From Entomortierella parvispora E1425 (Eukaryota > Fungi > Mortierellomycota), in NCBI GenBank assembly GCA_020891255.1, contig BQFW01000014.1, positions 1-64,000 of the forward strand: 64,000 nt of DNA. Reading direction: 5' to 3'. The position numbers and the translations under genes are program-made. Below are positions 60,275-64,000 of this stretch, piece after piece. The notes below the pieces were generated by a model. The model was not told the DNA's origin. It did not search any database and saw nothing but the letters and a program-made list of their open reading frames with translations. Positions within the stretch are counted from its first letter, which is position 1; each line of letters opens with the position of its first letter.

Positions 60275-62841
60275 GGTATAGTTGACTTGCGTTCGAGTGT
60301 GGAAGTGTAGGGTATGGGGGTATCGAGATAGAAGCGGTTGAAGAGAAAAAGAAGAAGAGAGTGAGGGGTATGTGAATCAGGGAACGTGGAGAAGGGTCTG
60401 TGAGGACGGGAAAGGGAGGAATGAGGAAAGATGAGAAGGAACAGGAAGAGGTAGGGGAAGATGGGGACGGGACCTCCTTTATGCATCTAGTGAAGCATGG
60501 TGTCATCGCGCTGGAAGCGACGAGAAGACTCGCTTAAGGGTATTCTGGCTGGGATTCAATAATCACGTGTCGGTCACGAGATCACTTTGCCACCAACCAA
60601 GATGAACCGACAAACCAACCGACAAACCCAGATAAAGGTGAGACCAAAGTGAACCAGGAAACCACAAGGGGGGCTTACCGATGATGGTGGCTGGGTCTGT
60701 GTGCAGGTAGGTCCGCAAAGTGGCTTGTTGTCCTATGGGTTTCCGGATGAACAATCGATCTGAGAAACAAACCATAGGGCGAAGAGGGGTGTGCGGGATA
60801 TGGATTGCAAGATTCGCAAGAACCATTCTGCCTTGTGGACATCATCAAACTGTGAGCTTGTTGGTGACCCGGAGAGAGAAAAACTATGTTTGTACAGCAG
60901 ATGTGCTACTGAGCACAAACCAAGTGAACTTGATCCCTTTTTGTAGTAGCCGGTAAAGTCAATACTGGTCCACTGACTGCACCCTAGCGCACAATTGTTC
61001 AATCGGGACCATCCGCGTTGAGGCGTGGTGTTGCCTGGTTGCTGCAGCCTAACCTGCCGCCAGTTCAGTTGTCAACACAACCACAGAGGCAGTACTGTAC
61101 CTGAAACCACAAACTTTGCTCCACTTTGTTGAGAGTGCGCAACGCAGGGCAAGGTTGCTGTTCAATTGCCTTCATTGGGAGATGGGTCATCGGAAGCTAA
61201 TCATTAAGATGGGTCATTCGGTAAACTCTCTGACAGGACACGAGCTTTTCTGTGGAGTAGAGTCCAAGACTGGGATCAGGTATCCGTCATCTTGATGCTT
61301 CTGGATGGAAGGACGCAATTGGAAAATAAGATCTCCCAATGGTAAAAGGTTCAAAGAAACCGAAAAATCCAAAAGTGAACCAGCTGGACTATGACGAGTG
61401 GATAAACACACATCCGGTCCGACAGAACTCTTGCTTGCGGGCTTGCAAGTGGTGAGGAGTTTTTTTTTGCTCTCTCGTTGCTGGCTCCTCTTTTTTTTTT
61501 TTTTTTTTTTTTTTTGTGAGCCAGAGCTGCCAACTACCAATCTGACAAAGAACAACAAACAACCAGCAACAAACCAGTCCAACTGTGTAAACAGACAATT
61601 AAACTGCGCAGGTACCGTTGACAGTTTGGTTCATCAATGGGGAAGAAGAGCGAGTTATGATATTGTATCTTCAGGGGTGAATGTCAAGGAGAGAGAGAGA
61701 CCGTTGGAATGAGTAAAGACAGCCGTTGGATTTTAGATTTATTTGTTTGGATATGACCTTGTGACAGAAAGAAAAGCTCGCGCGCACAGTGCGCCGTTGC
61801 ATCATCTTTCTCAAGGTCGGCCGCAAGCAAATCTGCAATTGCCTTTCTCTAACGGCCGCTACATGATCATGTTCTTGGCGGGATAAAATACAAAAAAAAG
61901 GAAAAAGCGCAGTTGCGGCGGACCTACAGAGTTGGACCCCTGGAGTTTATGGACATTTGTCATGCTCACACACCCCGCGTAGCCAGTGAACGCTGGATGA
62001 ATAATAGGGGCGCCCAGGTCGGTTTGTTTCCTTCTGGCAGACGGTGGGTGCCTGGAACAGTTCTGGGTCTTGAGGTGCAGACCTGCGGGCAATTAAGAAC
62101 AGATGGCGTTCATGTACAGTACTTTGAGATGATTAAATTGGCATGCGACATACATGGTTTTGTTATCGCTGCGTAGCGCAGGCATGTATGTCAACCACAC
62201 AAAAGCAAGAAAGCAGCCAAGACTCCAGCGATTGTCTCGGGCTGGAGTCGAGGCTGTAGGGGAGACATGCACAACGACGCAGCAGCGCGTCGAGAAACAC
62301 GGATGAATCCCTGGCACTGGGTGTGGTGGAGCAAGGACAAAACAGCAGGTGCCGAGGGAAAAACGAGAGGGCCAACAGTCGAAGATCTGTAATCACCGCA
62401 CCGTTTCCGGTTCCACCGGATGACGGAAGACGAAGCGGAAAAAATAGAGAAGAGAGTAAAGTAAAAATCCAAAAAGATTTTTTTCTTCTCTCCGCTTGAA
62501 ACAGAGCGAAGTCTGTCAGCTCGCTCTGTGTCAATCTCCAATCCGGTCAAGAGAAGATCGCAGGGGGTGCGGGATGGCGGCTTGATAATATGAGTGATGG
62601 TGGTGGTGATGATGGCTCGTGGTTGAAGAGGAGGTGCACTGCGAGCAAGAGGAAGCGAGGGAGAGAAAGAGGGAGGACCACCGCGAGCAGGACGCGACAA
62701 AAAGAGGATCCCGCCCACAGGGACACCATCCAAACCGGTTCTTCTTTCTCCCTTGAGAACAGACAGCAGACAAAGCGGCCAGAGAGACCCGCCCTCTCAT
62801 GCTCCAGGGTCAGGCAGGATGCGGTCATCGGCCCGACCGCA

Positions 62842-62848
62842 TATAAAA
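62842..62848 (+). promoter_or_regulatory. Candidate TATA box of SUR2
   Basis: TATAAAA followed by a ~400-nt pyrimidine-rich leader before the ATG at 63249. Confidence 0.45.
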
Positions 62849-63248
62849 GACCCGCCCCGCAGCCGCCGCCCTTTTTTCCTGTTTTCTGTCCTCCTCTCTT
62901 CCTCTTCTCTTCTCTTCTCTTCTTGTATCCGTTGACCTGTTCATCATTCCACTCTGCCATTCTCATTCCTCCATTGCGTCTGTCCTTTCTTCGCTTTCTT
63001 TCTCTCTCTCTCACTCTCTCACTCACTATCTCACTCTCGCTCTCTCTCTCTTGCCCTCTCTTGTCCTCTGCACCTCTCCCGTCTCCGGTTTCATCAGCTC
63101 TGACTTGTGAAAAAAGCACCGACCACCCTCGACTCAACTTCTGCACTCTCGACCTTCCGCTCACAGAGTGCTGCTCTTCTTCCCTCCTTTCCTTTCTCCG
63201 TCCCCCTCTATCCCTCCCAACCTCCATCCATCCTACATCTCACCTACA

Positions 63249-63479
63249 ATGGCGCCCACGGTTCAAGCCCCGTTGTTCTCTTTCATATCCGACCAGTCGC
63301 TGGCTCTGCTGCTGCCTGTCATCGTCTACTGGGCCTATTCTCTGCTCTTCCACTGGGCCTCGCTGAAAGAGTTTGCCTGGATGGAAAAATACAGAATCCA
63401 TGACAAGGAGGAGGAAACCCGTAACAGAGTGTCTTTGCCCGATGTCATCAAGGCCGTTATTGTCCAACAGGTGCTCCAG
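63249..63479 (+). CDS. SUR2: Sphinganine C4-hydroxylase, first exon only (gene runs out of the window)
   Basis: FISDQSLALLLPVIVYWAYSLLFH..EKYRIHDKEEETRNRVSLPDVIKAVIVQQVLQ, then GTAAAC donor. Confidence 0.85.
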
Positions 63480-64000
63480 GTAAACTACCACCTTGTTTTT
63501 CCATTTTTTTTTCTTCAAGTATTCGTTTCTGTAAAGATCAGCGCTTCTCCTGTTCGCGGGTGGGTAGAGAATGTGGGGGTGGTGTTTGCCGTACAATGGT
63601 ATGCAAGCTGGTACCTGCTAGGTCTTCTTTTGACAAGGAGGAATATTCCTTTCGAATCCGACAGACTTTTGGTCAAGGAGAGGAGAGGATCAAAAAAAAA
63701 AAAAGAGGAGTCTTACTGTGGTCTTTGTATCCTTGGAGAGATCAAAGGGCCACCATGTCTCAAAGAGTTTACTGAGGAATGAGCTGTGTCAGGAACAGCC
63801 CTTAGTTTGACGTCAACAAGACTGGGGGTTTGAGCGCGCTTCTTTTTGTTTTTTTTTTTGTTTTCAGGGGACAACGGGAACAGGACGCGGCGTTGTGCGG
63901 ATCCCAGTCAAGGAATCTTTATAAAATAGTGTACCCGACAAACGACATAGCTTGCTCCTGTGACCAACGGGGCAACCAGCGCGCACCCCAAGGCGAGATG

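Noticed and set aside
60500-63240. Short ORFs and possible heat-shock elements between SIS1 and SUR2
   Set aside because: The ORFs are low-complexity or run through homopolymers, and no correctly spaced triple nGAAn array was found; treated as divergent promoter/UTR sequence.

Overview
64 kb of intron-containing fungal nuclear DNA. Gene content, intron style and a type III glutamine synthetase fit an early-diverging fungus, most plausibly Mortierellaceae (inference). Bases 1 to about 14,000 are gene-poor: minisatellites, a ~316-bp pure (GA)n tract, a telomere-like motif cluster, a possible copia RT scrap and several decayed genes. The rest is a gene-dense housekeeping region: RHO1, IAH1, CSN6, PMA1, a PNPOx/FNR oxidoreductase, DBP5, TVP15, an MCFD2-like EF-hand protein, a DsbA/FrnE-like protein, a two-RRM protein, TIM17, SPP1, MAPEG, SNF7, GS III, tRNA-Arg(CCT), tRNA-Tyr(GTA), a GNAT, SIS1 and the 5' end of SUR2. 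The most unusual feature is an apparently young, complete PHIS (PIF/Harbinger-superfamily) DNA transposon at 25263-29610. It has an ATT target duplication (Pangu-like) and very long, near-identical TIRs (709/658 bp). Each TIR runs up to and includes an ATG-CCA-AAA start facing one of the two convergent genes (DDE transposase; Myb/SANT partner). Exon boundaries and protein identities were read by eye; no database searches were run.
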